23,530 nt of DNA from a virus. The position numbers and the translations under genes are program-made. The stretch is from the UHGV virus genome UHGV-0262101. One strand, written 5' to 3'. Within the stretch, counting starts at the first letter, position 1. Every line of letters starts with the position of its first letter. Of this stretch, positions 1 to 8,669 are shown one piece after another. The notes under the pieces are model-generated. The model searched no databases and was not told where the DNA came from. It saw nothing but the letters and a program-made list of their open reading frames with translations.

Positions 1-207
1 AAAGTAGTACTTGTCATTTTTAAGTGACGTATTCAGCAATTAAAATATATGCCTGTTGATCAAGATTCATGCACGCTGTAAAATAATCGTTTTGTTTGTG
101 TTGCATGATTTAAAATGAATAGAAGATTATTTTTCAAAACACTTGCATCTTTGTCTGCAGTCATTCCTTTTTATTCAATTTCTAAGTTTTCAAACAGGAT
201 GACTAAT

Positions 208-2586
208 ATGCCTAATATAACCACAAATGTTGTAATTGGGATGCCATCGCAACTCTTCACTATGGCTCGCTCTTTTAAAGCCGTAGCTAATGGCAAAATT
301 TATATCGGTAAAATTGACACTGACCCGGTAAATCCTGAAAACCAGATTCAGGTTTATGTAGAGAGTGAAGATGGTTCTCACATTCCTGTTTCACAACCAA
401 TCATCCTTAACGCTGCTGGTTACCCTGTATATAACGGACAGATTGCCAAGTTCGTAACTGTGCAAGGCCATTCTATGGCTGTATATGATGCTTACGGTGC
501 TCAGCAGTTCTATTTTCCTAATGTACTGAAGTATGATCCTGATCAGCTGCGGGACCAATTAGAAGACATTGATGGCGCTAAGAAGTATCCTGAGTTGCAA
601 ATTGCTCGATGGAGAGATAATGGTGATGTTCGTGGATTTGGTGCTGTTGAAGGTGGTGTTTTATTATGTGATGAATCGTTTAAAGACGCAGAAAGAACTG
701 GGATCGATGTATATGTTCCAGAGGGAAGGTGGCGATTATCGACTCCTATGATCTTGGGTCAGAAGGGAAAATATTATGGTCCAGGATTACTTATTTTTGA
801 TAATGCAGAGTGGTGGAGGAGAGGAGGCTCATCAGGTTCTGAATCTATAAATGAGCGTTATACATTGTTCTATAATTATAATGATAAAGGAGATGTGACA
901 TTAACTTATGACGGGGTACCACAGAGTTTTACTTGGGTTGATGACAGGACAATAGAAGCTCCTGGTAGCTCAGTTAATGTAAGTGTCAGAATTAATATTG
1001 CCAATGGTTATTTAAAACTTGGGCCAGTGGCTGAATTTATTCGATCTTACAATCTTTGTGCCAATGGTGGTGGTGGTGAAAAACTAACCCCGGAGTTACC
1101 AGATCCAACAACAGCGCCAAAGGGTTACGATAATACAGCATTTGGCCCGCGAGCGTTACAGGATCTGACCGATGGTGTTAACAATACTGCCATTGGGTCA
1201 AAATCATTGATGAGTAATATTTCAGGAAATAATAATACCGGAGTTGGCTTCCTGACTTTGTATCGATGTACTGGAACAGGAAACACTGCTGTAGGTTCTG
1301 TTGCTGGCGAGTGGCTAACAACCGGGAGCTATAACTCATTCTTCGGACTTGGTGCAGGAGAAAAAGTTAAGGGCGGTAGATATAACGTTGGAGTTGGCTT
1401 TGAGGCCATGGCTGAGGCTCCAGATACTATTTATACAGTTGCAGTAGGATATCGGGCGAATGGAAATCCTGGAGATTACTCTCAGTCTAATAGTGTATAC
1501 GTAGGCTCTTTTGCCGGAGACTTCTCTATTGGTTCAAATAACACCATGGTTGGCTACAGAGCGGGAAACTGTCTTGGTGCTGCGGAGGCAGCAGGTACAG
1601 GGACTGGGCATGATAATGTTGGCATTGGAATGTTCGCAATGCGCAAGAATCTTGCCGGGAATGAAAGCGTTGTTATTGGTGCTGGAGCGGCAACCGAGTC
1701 AACAATTACAGATAATGTTGTTGTAATTGGTTATGGTGCATGCGGTGAAACTCAAACGCTAGGTTCATTTACCGTTTCTATTGGTCACATGGCACTTATA
1801 GCAGCAACGGGTGATAATAATGTTGCGGTTGGACAGCAGGCATTAAAAGGAACAACATCGGGAAGCAGTAACGTTGCAATTGGGTCTGGCTCTCTTGTCA
1901 CAAATACAACCGGCGCATTAAACACGGCTATTGGACATAATTCAGGTAGATTAACTCAATCAGGGGAAAGCACATCATCACTTACCAACACAACAACTGT
2001 TGGCAATGATGCAAGGGTGTCAGGAAGTAATCAGGTGCAGCTTGGCAATTCTTCCACAACGACATATGTATATGGAACTGTGCAAAACAGATCTGATGCG
2101 CGTGATAAAACAGATATCCGAGATACTTTGCTGGGGATTGAATTTATCCTTGGGCTTCGTCCTGTCGATGGTCGCTGGGATATGCGTGATGATTATATTG
2201 ATGTTATTGAAAAGACAAGAATTGTACCAAAAAAAGTAGAACGAGATGTTGATGGAATTACTATATCAGCTATTGAGAATGTCGAAGAAAAATATCTTGA
2301 AGTAGTGCAGAAAACTCCTGACGGCAGTAAAAAACGTCAACGATACCATCACTGGTTTATTGCACAGGACGTATTGAAACTGTGTGAAAAATTAGGTGTT
2401 GAGTTCGGTGGGCTACAGCATCACTTGAAAAATGGTGGGGATGATGTTTACTCACTCGGTTACGATGAGTTTATCCCACCTATTGTTAAATCAATTCAGC
2501 AATGCTGGGAGAGAATTGATAATATAGAAAGACGTATCGAAGAACTAGAGATGACATTAAAAAAGAATAACTTAAATAAAATATGA
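208..2586 (+). CDS. Tailspike / tail fibre protein: P22-type N-terminal head-binding domain, Gly/Asn-rich repeat central domain, C-terminal S74-type intramolecular chaperone domain
   Basis: Track ORF 115..2586. The N-terminus ([43 protein letters not shown]...YDPDQ) matches the conserved head-binding domain of P22/Sf6/HK620-family tailspikes, which begin M-x-x-I-T-x-N-V-V, so the start is placed at ATG 208 (AGGA about 9 nt upstream) rather than 115 or 199. The middle is rich in N-x-A-[IV]-G repeats. The C-terminus carries SDARDK (Ser-x4-Lys), typical of autoproteolytic S74 chaperone domains. Confidence 0.85.
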   Translation: MPNITTNVVIGMPSQLFTMARSFKAVANGKIYIGKIDTDPVNPENQIQVYVESEDGSHIPVSQPIILNAAGYPVYNGQIAKFVTVQGHSMAVYDAYGAQQFYFPNVLKYDPDQLRDQLEDIDGAKKYPELQIARWRDNGDVRGFGAVEGGVLLCDESFKDAERTGIDVYVPEGRWRLSTPMILGQKGKYYGPGLLIFDNAEWWRRGGSSGSESINERYTLFYNYNDKGDVTLTYDGVPQSFTWVDDRTIEAPGSSVNVSVRINIANGYLKLGPVAEFIRSYNLCANGGGGEKLTPELPDPTTAPKGYDNTAFGPRALQDLTDGVNNTAIGSKSLMSNISGNNNTGVGFLTLYRCTGTGNTAVGSVAGEWLTTGSYNSFFGLGAGEKVKGGRYNVGVGFEAMAEAPDTIYTVAVGYRANGNPGDYSQSNSVYVGSFAGDFSIGSNNTMVGYRAGNCLGAAEAAGTGTGHDNVGIGMFAMRKNLAGNESVVIGAGAATESTITDNVVVIGYGACGETQTLGSFTVSIGHMALIAATGDNNVAVGQQALKGTTSGSSNVAIGSGSLVTNTTGALNTAIGHNSGRLTQSGESTSSLTNTTTVGNDARVSGSNQVQLGNSSTTTYVYGTVQNRSDARDKTDIRDTLLGIEFILGLRPVDGRWDMRDDYIDVIEKTRIVPKKVERDVDGITISAIENVEEKYLEVVQKTPDGSKKRQRYHHWFIAQDVLKLCEKLGVEFGGLQHHLKNGGDDVYSLGYDEFIPPIVKSIQQCWERIDNIERRIEELEMTLKKNNLNKI

Positions 2587-2608
2587 TATTCAACATAAAA
2601 CAATATGA

Positions 2609-2633
2609 AATCTGCGTCGAAAAGGCGCAGATT
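2609..2633 (+). terminator. Weak hairpin downstream of the tailspike stop
   Basis: 8-bp inverted repeat aatctgcg / cgcagatt with a 9-nt loop, followed by a T/A-rich stretch (gttaattaat). No clean U-tract. Confidence 0.3.
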
Positions 2634-3091
2634 GTTAATTAATATGGTTATGTATGATTTTTCGATGTAATTAACTAAGAGAATAATGTTGTCATGATGT
2701 TGGTGAGAAAATATTCTTGCACACAAAGCTTTGCACTGGATTGCAAGGTTTTGTGATATTCGATAGTTGTTAAGGCGGGTCACACCACCTTTTCATCAAT
2801 CCAATCCGCCCACCACTGCATCATTTCTCTGCGCTTAACGTAGCGGATGCCTCACTATCACACGGTGATGGTTCGTTACTGGTTTGCAGAATGGATAGAG
2901 AACTGAGGATAAAAAGATATCCCAAAACTCTAAAATCTCATCTTTAGGATTTGCAGACAGGTAGGCATGAACAGATACCTACGCATGAAGATGGAACTAG
3001 TCCGGATGCGATATTTTTGGTGATCACGTACATCATCAACGAAGAGCGTTATGGTGAGTTTTATGACTGCCCGGTGATGTGAAAATTGCGA

Positions 3092-3114
3092 TGTGTACCA
3101 AATTGTGTACCAAA
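3092..3114 (+). repeat. Two tandem direct repeats TGTGTACCAAA (putative integrase arm-type sites, P arm)
   Basis: tgtgtaccaaa at 3092-3102 and 3104-3114, same orientation, 12 bp apart. Confidence 0.6.
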
Positions 3115-3343
3115 CTAAAATCATAAACCATGAAACCCTTACCCATGGCTGTTCTCAGGTGGGGTGCGTGTAATCGTGAAAGAGGAAGGTAGGTTGTTTA
3201 TCTGTGTCTGTCATTGTCTAGCATTGTCCACTGTAGTTAATTAACTGTCTGTTATAACTCGAAAAACAACCCTTTTTTCACCTGAGTATGTCTACGAACG
3301 TCAAATATAGTTGTTTACTGTGCGCTGTTGTCCATGTGATATT

Positions 3344-3388
3344 GTGTACCAGATGTGTACCAAACCATTATTTCTGAGCGTACCAAAT
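3344..3388 (+). repeat. Three direct repeats of the same motif next to the int start (putative P' arm sites)
   Basis: tgtgtaccag 3344-3353, tgtgtaccaaa 3354-3364 and gcgtaccaaa 3378-3387. Same motif and orientation as the 3092-3114 pair. The last copy ends 8 bp before the int ATG. Confidence 0.6.
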
Positions 3389-3395
3389 ATTATTT

Positions 3396-4574
3396 ATGGC
3401 TATAAGCGACACAAAACTGCGTACTATTTATGGTAAACCATATTCGGGCCCACAAGAAGTGGCTGATGCCGATGGCCTCAGCGTACGAATTTCACCGAAG
3501 GGGGTCATCCAGTTCCAGTACCGCTATCGCTGGCATGGCAAGCCTAATCGACTTGGGCTTGGTCGATACCCATCCCTGTCTTTGAAGGATGCCAGACAGA
3601 TCACTGCTGACTTGCGAAAGCTCTATTTCTCAGGAACGGATCCACGCACCTATTTTGAAGAGAAGGTGGAGAACTCCATGACGGTCGCCCAGTGTCTCGA
3701 CTACTGGTTCGACAACTACGTCTCTACAACTCTCAGAGAAAAGACCCAGGCACTTTACCGATCAACGGTTATGAAGCGCATGCATGACGCCTTTCCTAAT
3801 CGTCCGGCATCTTCTATCACGGTTAAGCAATGGGTTGACCTGCTTACCGAAGAAGAAAGAGATAATCCACGCCGAGCAAGGCAGGTGCTAAGTCAACTAA
3901 GATCAGCAATAAGTTGGTGCATGCGGCGTCAGTTGATAGATAGTTGCGCAATTATGAGCATCCAACCAAGGGACTTCGGCTCCCGCGCTGAGGTAGGGGA
4001 TCGGGTACTGTCGTATCACGAACTGGCTAAGATTTGGCTTGCTATTGAAAGAAGCCGTGCGTCTACGTCAAATAAGCTACTTCATCAGATGCTTATGCTG
4101 TGGGGGGCGAGGCTCTCAGAGCTTAGGCTGGCAACAAAGACAGAATTTGACCTGCTGGACAACGTATGGACCGTACCGAAAGAGCATAGCAAGATGGGTA
4201 ATGTTATCCGTCGTCCAATCTTCGAACAAATTAAGCCTTTTCTCGAAAAGGCCATGACAACGTACAATGATGTTCTTTTCCCTGGAGAAGACATAAACAA
4301 ACCGATCAGCATCGCTGCAGCCAACCGATTCGTAAATAGAATAAGGGGAGGGATGGATCTAGGTTACTGGCGAACACATGATTTCAGAAGAACGCTTGTT
4401 ACACGTCTGTCCGAGATGAATGTCGAGCCTCATGTTACTGAGCGAATGCTCGGTCATGAACTTGGCGGGATAATGTCCGTGTACAATAAACACGACTGGA
4501 TAGAGGCTCAGCGCAAAGCTTATGAGCTTCACGCTGATAAATTGTTCTGGCACATCAGGAGCATTTCTGGTTAA
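3396..4574 (+). CDS. int: Tyrosine site-specific integrase, P4 / CP4-57 type
   Basis: 392-aa ORF. N-terminal arm-binding-like region (GLSVRISPKGVIQFQYRYRWHGKPNRLGLGRYPSLSLKDAR) and C-terminal catalytic region with HDFRRT, LGH and the SVYNKHDW tyrosine region. Confidence 0.9.
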   Translation: MAISDTKLRTIYGKPYSGPQEVADADGLSVRISPKGVIQFQYRYRWHGKPNRLGLGRYPSLSLKDARQITADLRKLYFSGTDPRTYFEEKVENSMTVAQCLDYWFDNYVSTTLREKTQALYRSTVMKRMHDAFPNRPASSITVKQWVDLLTEEERDNPRRARQVLSQLRSAISWCMRRQLIDSCAIMSIQPRDFGSRAEVGDRVLSYHELAKIWLAIERSRASTSNKLLHQMLMLWGARLSELRLATKTEFDLLDNVWTVPKEHSKMGNVIRRPIFEQIKPFLEKAMTTYNDVLFPGEDINKPISIAAANRFVNRIRGGMDLGYWRTHDFRRTLVTRLSEMNVEPHVTERMLGHELGGIMSVYNKHDWIEAQRKAYELHADKLFWHIRSISG

Positions 4575-4746
4575 CGCCACCGTTAAGAATCCACCCTTCA
4601 ACAGCTTCACGAAGGTATGATTTTGGGTGGGTTCTGACTGGCTTCGGAAATCCGTGCCGTTTGGTATAGTTCCAGATTGTCTGACGTGATGAAACACCGA
4701 GCTTGTTCATCACTTCTTTCTCAGGAATCAGGCTGGTATCGGTCAT
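4555..4746 (-). CDS. xis: AlpA-family DNA-binding protein (putative excisionase / recombination directionality factor)
   Basis: 63 aa, MTDTSLIPEKEVMNKLGVSSRQTIWNYTKRHGFPKPV...EAVEGWI fits the AlpA/Xis pattern. Convergent with int, 3' ends overlap by 20 bp. Confidence 0.75.
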   Translation of the reverse strand: MTDTSLIPEKEVMNKLGVSSRQTIWNYTKRHGFPKPVRTHPKSYLREAVEGWILNGGVNQKCS

Positions 4747-4761
4747 CTTAATTCTCCAGGC

Positions 4762-4785
4762 AAAAAGAAACCGCCATATAGCGGC
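4762..4785 (-). terminator. Possible intrinsic terminator upstream of the xis-like gene (minus-strand sense)
   Basis: Minus-strand reading gccgctatatggcgg followed by tttcttttt. Short GC stem with one G-U pair. Confidence 0.3.
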
Positions 4786-4846
4786 TCTATCAGATATGTA
4801 CAGGCCTCATCGAGTGTGAGGCGGTGTGATTTCTTTATTTCCACTC

Positions 4847-5062
4847 TTAATGTTTGTCAGTGAATGGTTTCTCCATCTCCATTAATGCCTTATTCATCTC
4901 CTTTCGTAACTCTATAGCCATCCTGACGGCTTCAACCTGAGCAGGATGTCGGTTAATTGCTGGAGAATATCGTCGGGAGCGAAGGATTGAGAAAACAAAG
5001 ATAATGCAAGCAACTATCTGAATTGCATTGCATGTTATTGATACAATGTGAATTGCAGCCAT
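4847..5062 (-). CDS. Hypothetical small protein with hydrophobic N-terminus
   Basis: Track ORF of 71 aa (MAAIHIVSITCNAIQIVACIIFVFSIL...). G-rich candidate RBS upstream. No homology recognised. Confidence 0.35.
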   Translation of the reverse strand: MAAIHIVSITCNAIQIVACIIFVFSILRSRRYSPAINRHPAQVEAVRMAIELRKEMNKALMEMEKPFTDKH

Positions 5063-5085
5063 CTACTACCCCCAAAAAACCTCCA

Positions 5086-5253
5086 TCAGGCGGCTGGGTG
5101 TTCTTTCAGTTCTTCAATTCGAATATTGGTTACGTCTGCATGTGCTATCTGCGCCCATAGCATCCAGTGGTCATAGCAGTCGTTGATGTTCTCTGCTTCG
5201 ATAACTCTGTTGAATGGTTCTCCATTCCATTCACCTGTGACTCGGAAGTGCAT
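5086..5253 (-). CDS. Hypothetical small protein (55 aa), not in the ORF track
   Basis: Manual minus-strand translation from ATG at 5251-5253 gives MHFRVTGEWNGEPFNRVIEAENINDCYDHWMLWAQIAHADVTNIRIEELKEHPAA. GGAG lies 7 nt upstream. Confidence 0.45.
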   Translation of the reverse strand: MHFRVTGEWNGEPFNRVIEAENINDCYDHWMLWAQIAHADVTNIRIEELKEHPAA

Positions 5254-5325
5254 TTATCATCTCCATAAAACAAAACTCGCCGTAGCGAGTTCAGATAAAA
5301 GAAATCCCCGCGAGTGCGAGGATTG

Positions 5326-5610
5326 TTATTCATTGCCGATATTCACCTTTATCGCGTACACCTTTACCGGTTTATCGCCGAAGTGAGGATGTGTGATTGT
5401 CTTGATTTCATATCCGTCATACGGGACGTCAATTCTGCGGCTGGAATCGTCGCGCTTCGGATATCCCTTTGTGATAATCAGGCGGTCATACTCCCGGAAC
5501 ATAATTCGCTTATTCCAGTAGTCATTACACAGGCGATACTCTTCCGTTTTCTCTCCGCGAATCATGGCATCGAAGTATTCACCTTTGACGGCAAGTTGCA
5601 GGTTAGCCAC
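5326..5610 (-). CDS. Hypothetical protein (94 aa)
   Basis: Track ORF. GTG start preceded by AGGAGG at 6-nt spacing. Overlaps the stop of the upstream gene by 8 nt. Confidence 0.6.
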   Translation of the reverse strand: MANLQLAVKGEYFDAMIRGEKTEEYRLCNDYWNKRIMFREYDRLIITKGYPKRDDSSRRIDVPYDGYEIKTITHPHFGDKPVKVYAIKVNIGNE

Positions 5611-6157
5611 GGTTAACCTCCTGAGGCGGTTCTGGTAGATGCATCCAGTGGGTTACTCCGTCAATTGGTTCATCGTCGTCGTACTCCAATGCGGCTATAT
5701 AGAACCCGTCACGACGAGAATAAGAAATCCCGGACATTACAATGCCATCCGAAACAACAATAATGTCACCCGTTTCTTCCGGCATTCGCTCACTACAGCT
5801 TATCCAACCACCCGGAGTTACCGGAGAGTTGCCCGATAGTGCATTCTGCTCCAGTGATGCTTTCACAAACCACGCAGCCTGAACTATTACGCCATGAATC
5901 CAGCGCAAATCGGCATCACGATTTTCTTTTTTCATTTTTTCGCCACTTAAAGCCTTGCTTACGTGACTTTTTACCAGATTTTCGTGTAATTCTTTTGCTT
6001 CTTCAATTGTGAAACCACCAGGCAAATTTGGCGCTTCTGCTTCCAGCGATGCCAGAGCAATTTCATAAGCCCGACGCTCAATATTGTCTCGGACGTCCAG
6101 GCTGCCTATACGCTCTCTGATTTCTTTAATCAGTTCTTTGTCGGTTAAAGTGGTCAT
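5603..6157 (-). CDS. DUF551-type phage protein (Eaa-like)
   Basis: 184 aa. C-terminal WISCSERMPEE...DGVTHWMHLPEPP resembles the DUF551 domain common in lambdoid early-left regions. Confidence 0.65.
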   Translation of the reverse strand: MTTLTDKELIKEIRERIGSLDVRDNIERRAYEIALASLEAEAPNLPGGFTIEEAKELHENLVKSHVSKALSGEKMKKENRDADLRWIHGVIVQAAWFVKASLEQNALSGNSPVTPGGWISCSERMPEETGDIIVVSDGIVMSGISYSRRDGFYIAALEYDDDEPIDGVTHWMHLPEPPQEVNRG

Positions 6158-6167
6158 AAATTATGCC

Positions 6168-6404
6168 TCAGTTGTATCCGATTGGATTAACCGCAACAAT
6201 AACGCCATCCGCGAACAAATCTTTAATGAGGTGTTCGCTCGGCTCGCCTTTTTCGTACTCTTCAATAAGGTAAGTGTCTCCATCCTCATTGATATAAACT
6301 GGAAGAATGGAACCGTTGATGAAGTAGGTTCCGTTGTTATCGAGGATTTTTGCCTCGGCGATTTGTTTTTTGGTAAAACGATCTTCTTTTTTCAAAGTTG
6401 CCAT
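6168..6404 (-). CDS. Hypothetical protein (78 aa)
   Basis: Track ORF 6168..6476 trimmed to the internal ATG at 6402-6404 (MATLKKEDRF...), which has AAGGAGA 5 nt upstream and abuts the stop of the upstream ORF. Confidence 0.55.
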   Translation of the reverse strand: MATLKKEDRFTKKQIAEAKILDNNGTYFINGSILPVYINEDGDTYLIEEYEKGEPSEHLIKDLFADGVIVAVNPIGYN

Positions 6405-6405
6405 A

Positions 6406-6594
6406 TCACTCTCCTTTAGTGCGCAAATGGTTTTTCCAGCGGTTTTGCGCCGCGCTGGGCTTTTTGCAAAAACCACAATCCATCATCCCGTAATATTTCA
6501 TCAACCCCATCCGTCGGTTGCTGAGTCTCACCCACTGCCAGACGCCAGGAGCGTTTCTACGAACTAACAGAATCTTTGCTTTACGGTTTTTCAT
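6406..6594 (-). CDS. Hypothetical small protein (62 aa)
   Basis: Track ORF. ATG overlaps the stop of the 58-aa ORF upstream (ATGA) and its own stop abuts the next ATG. Confidence 0.5.
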   Translation of the reverse strand: MKNRKAKILLVRRNAPGVWQWVRLSNRRMGLMKYYGMMDCGFCKKPSAAQNRWKNHLRTKGE

Positions 6595-6767
6595 CGCTTT
6601 GCTCTCCTGCGTCTCTTTGCTGCTCGTCGTGCCGCTGCAATACCGGTATGGCGGCGCTTTGGTGCCGGGATGATGTTGTCAGCCATCAGGACATGTGGCT
6701 TTGCAATTAGCGCAGAAGCCCAAAAACGAGTCGGGTACGGTAACAAGTCGATACATGCCACACGCAT
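6591..6767 (-). CDS. Hypothetical small basic protein (58 aa), not in the ORF track
   Basis: Manual translation MRVACIDLLPYPTRFWASALIAKPHVLMADNIIPAPKRRHTGIAAARRAAKRRRRAKR. AAAGGAGG upstream, TAATG overlap with the upstream gene and ATGA overlap with the downstream gene. Confidence 0.45.
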   Translation of the reverse strand: MRVACIDLLPYPTRFWASALIAKPHVLMADNIIPAPKRRHTGIAAARRAAKRRRRAKR

Positions 6768-7255
6768 TACTCACCTCCTTTGATGCGAATGCCTGTTGCA
6801 ATGCTGTTTATGATGCTGTCAGTGCATGGGGTAGAAAGCTGGGCATCTCCAGCAATTTTCATGACCTCAACATCTGCATATCGAATACCGAGGTGTATCA
6901 GACCGGCTATGCCTGACTTAAGCCGAGCATTTTCCATAAATAGAACTTTTGCCCGCTGTTTTTCTGCTTCAAGCTCAACACGCAGCTTCCCTACCGTTAG
7001 CGCAATTTCCTCGTTTTCCTGGTCGCGGCGTTTGATGTATTGCTGGTTTCTTTCCCGTTCATCCAGCAGTGCCAGCACGGTTTCTGGTCCGGTCAGAAAT
7101 TTGAAGGCGTTGAGCGCATCAATATCCACACCGTAATCTTTAAGTTCCTGTTCACTTAACAAGTCATCATCAGCTGGCAACATTAACAGGCGTTCCATTG
7201 CTGGAATTGCACGTTCCGCCACCTCACGCAGTGCCTGGTAATTAATTTCGCTCAC
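6767..7255 (-). CDS. Hypothetical protein (162 aa), Ea22/Ead-like coiled-coil-rich
   Basis: Track ORF. GTG start overlapping the upstream stop (GTGA), AAGGAGG 6 nt upstream. Confidence 0.6.
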   Translation of the reverse strand: MSEINYQALREVAERAIPAMERLLMLPADDDLLSEQELKDYGVDIDALNAFKFLTGPETVLALLDERERNQQYIKRRDQENEEIALTVGKLRVELEAEKQRAKVLFMENARLKSGIAGLIHLGIRYADVEVMKIAGDAQLSTPCTDSIINSIATGIRIKGGE

Positions 7256-7683
7256 TGGTTGCCTCCTTTGCGAAGCTGGGCAGCAAAGTCACGGATAGTG
7301 TCATCAAGGTCTGGGCACAACAGATGGTCAGCAAACATCTCTACCACCTGCGCCCGTACTTCAGCCAGGAAAGCATCGGTGGCTGGGGTTTCAGTAACAT
7401 CATCTTCCCATTCGCCAAACTCCTCACGACAAAAGTCATTAAATTCCTTCTCAGATTGCTTAAGCGAGGTATTTTCTGCAGCCATCTTCGCGCATTTAGC
7501 CTCAAGGTTATCAATCGTGATTCCAGCAGAACGACACTCCCGCAACGCCGTTTCCAGTTTTGATTCAAGCTCACCGAACTTACGCACCAGATATTCAGCG
7601 TTTGTTTCGTTAACCTTTAAATCTCGTGGGATGCATTTACCTTTCAGAAATCCATCCATCCCAATTAGTGACATTTGTTTCAT
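7252..7683 (-). CDS. Hypothetical acidic protein (about 143 aa)
   Basis: Track ORF 7252..7701 trimmed to ATG at 7681-7683 (MKQMSLIG...), which overlaps the stop of the 54-aa ORF (ATGA). Confidence 0.6.
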   Translation of the reverse strand: MKQMSLIGMDGFLKGKCIPRDLKVNETNAEYLVRKFGELESKLETALRECRSAGITIDNLEAKCAKMAAENTSLKQSEKEFNDFCREEFGEWEDDVTETPATDAFLAEVRAQVVEMFADHLLCPDLDDTIRDFAAQLRKGGNQ

Positions 7684-7844
7684 TTCTTCCCACTCCGCCA
7701 CATCGCATTCAGATATTTGTTTTGATTCACTGACGGAAAAGAATTTCTCTTAAGTAATTCCTCTCTCGATGGCATTGGCTTTACGCGCTGGCGAATAATC
7801 ATTTCTGCCGGAAGAATGCCGGGATTGTATGCAAGTCCTCTCAT
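7680..7844 (-). CDS. Hypothetical small protein (54 aa), not in the ORF track
   Basis: Manual translation [61 protein letters not shown] 7 nt upstream of the ATG. Confidence 0.45.
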   Translation of the reverse strand: MRGLAYNPGILPAEMIIRQRVKPMPSREELLKRNSFPSVNQNKYLNAMWRSGKK

Positions 7845-7860
7845 GGTAAATTCCTCTTTG

Positions 7861-8175
7861 TTAATTTATTCGTATGCCTGCTCTTTCTTCATCGAGTTTT
7901 TTTAGCTTGTATCGCATAGCTCTTACTGAATAAATTGAGCGGCAGGTTGCAATTGCTATTTCTTCTGCGGAGAACTTACCGAAAAGTGATACTTCGGCTC
8001 TTGTCCATCGTCTTCCACGAAGTCGGCTAACAATGTCAGCTCCAATCCTTGTTGCTTTCGCCATTACTGCTTTTTCAGTCCTTTCCAGTTTTTCAGCGAT
8101 AACTTCAACTGGCATTGTCGCCGCCACTTCGCGCAAGAAATCGACTTCCCATTTCTCCCATGGAGTCTTTTTCAT
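7861..8175 (-). CDS. Hypothetical protein (104 aa)
   Basis: Track ORF, ATG start, same strand and tight spacing with the recombination module. No homology recognised. Confidence 0.55.
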   Translation of the reverse strand: MKKTPWEKWEVDFLREVAATMPVEVIAEKLERTEKAVMAKATRIGADIVSRLRGRRWTRAEVSLFGKFSAEEIAIATCRSIYSVRAMRYKLKKLDEERAGIRIN

Positions 8176-8186
8176 AGGCGATACCG

Positions 8187-8669
8187 TTATTTGATAAGAA
8201 GTGAAGGTTTCCCAACCTTGAGTTGAGCGCCTGGGATATTTATTCCTGCTTTTAGTTGGTGCTTGATTGCCAACTTGTCGGCTTTAATTGTCGTTTCAAA
8301 CTCAACGTATTCAGGAGGAAGGGCGCTTGAGTCGATGATTTCTACAGTTTCTGACGGTTTGCGGATTGTTACCTGGTGAATACCTGCTCTAATCTTTTTC
8401 TTGCCAACCATTTCAAGCGATGACGCTATATATGATTTGATGCTGTCAATCTTATTTTGAATTACTGCGGCTCGCTCATTCAGTGACTTTGCCTCTTCCT
8501 TGAGGCGTTCAGCATAACCAGATTCATTTTTAATAATGGAAAGAAGTTGCTCTATTTTATCGATAAATTCTCCTTCCATGCCTTCTATTGTGTCAGCAAT
8601 CATCTCTGGCTCTAAATCTGAATCCATCAATTTTGCGTATTCATTGGCAATTTCATACAGTTTGCTCAC
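8187..8669 (-). CDS. Gp157-family protein (Sipho_Gp157-like, recombination-associated)
   Basis: Track ORF 8187..8675 begins with TTG; an in-frame GTG at 8667-8669 has GGAG 6 nt upstream. The protein (SKLYEIANEYAKLMDSD...coiled-coil...) resembles Gp157 proteins that accompany RecT/Sak4 recombinases. Confidence 0.6.
   Translation of the reverse strand: MSKLYEIANEYAKLMDSDLEPEMIADTIEGMEGEFIDKIEQLLSIIKNESGYAERLKEEAKSLNERAAVIQNKIDSIKSYIASSLEMVGKKKIRAGIHQVTIRKPSETVEIIDSSALPPEYVEFETTIKADKLAIKHQLKAGINIPGAQLKVGKPSLLIK

Noticed and set aside
115-207. N-terminal extension of the tailspike ORF ([31 protein letters not shown]), which looks like a signal peptide
   Set aside because: P22-family tailspikes begin directly with the head-binding domain (M-x-x-I-T-x-N-V-V). 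The ATG at 208 aligns with that start and has a Shine-Dalgarno sequence, so the extension is most likely untranslated leader in frame.
2496-3124. Track ORFs 2496..2783 (-) and 2930..3124 (-) in the tailspike-int intergenic region
   Set aside because: No ribosome-binding sites, low-complexity products, and they lie within or next to the arm-type repeat region. Treated as non-coding attP DNA.
3092-3388. Possibility that the TGTGTACCAAA repeats are a CRISPR-like array or transposon ends
   Set aside because: Only five copies, with irregular spacing (12 bp, about 230 bp, 10 bp, 24 bp) and no spacer-repeat periodicity. Position next to a tyrosine integrase fits arm-type binding sites.
6695-7753. 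Plus-strand ORFs 6695..6916, 6780..7136, 7259..7753 and 7324..7563
   Set aside because: They are antisense to a tightly coupled chain of minus-strand genes that have good RBSs. Products are Ser/Arg-rich and low-complexity, as expected for antisense frames.
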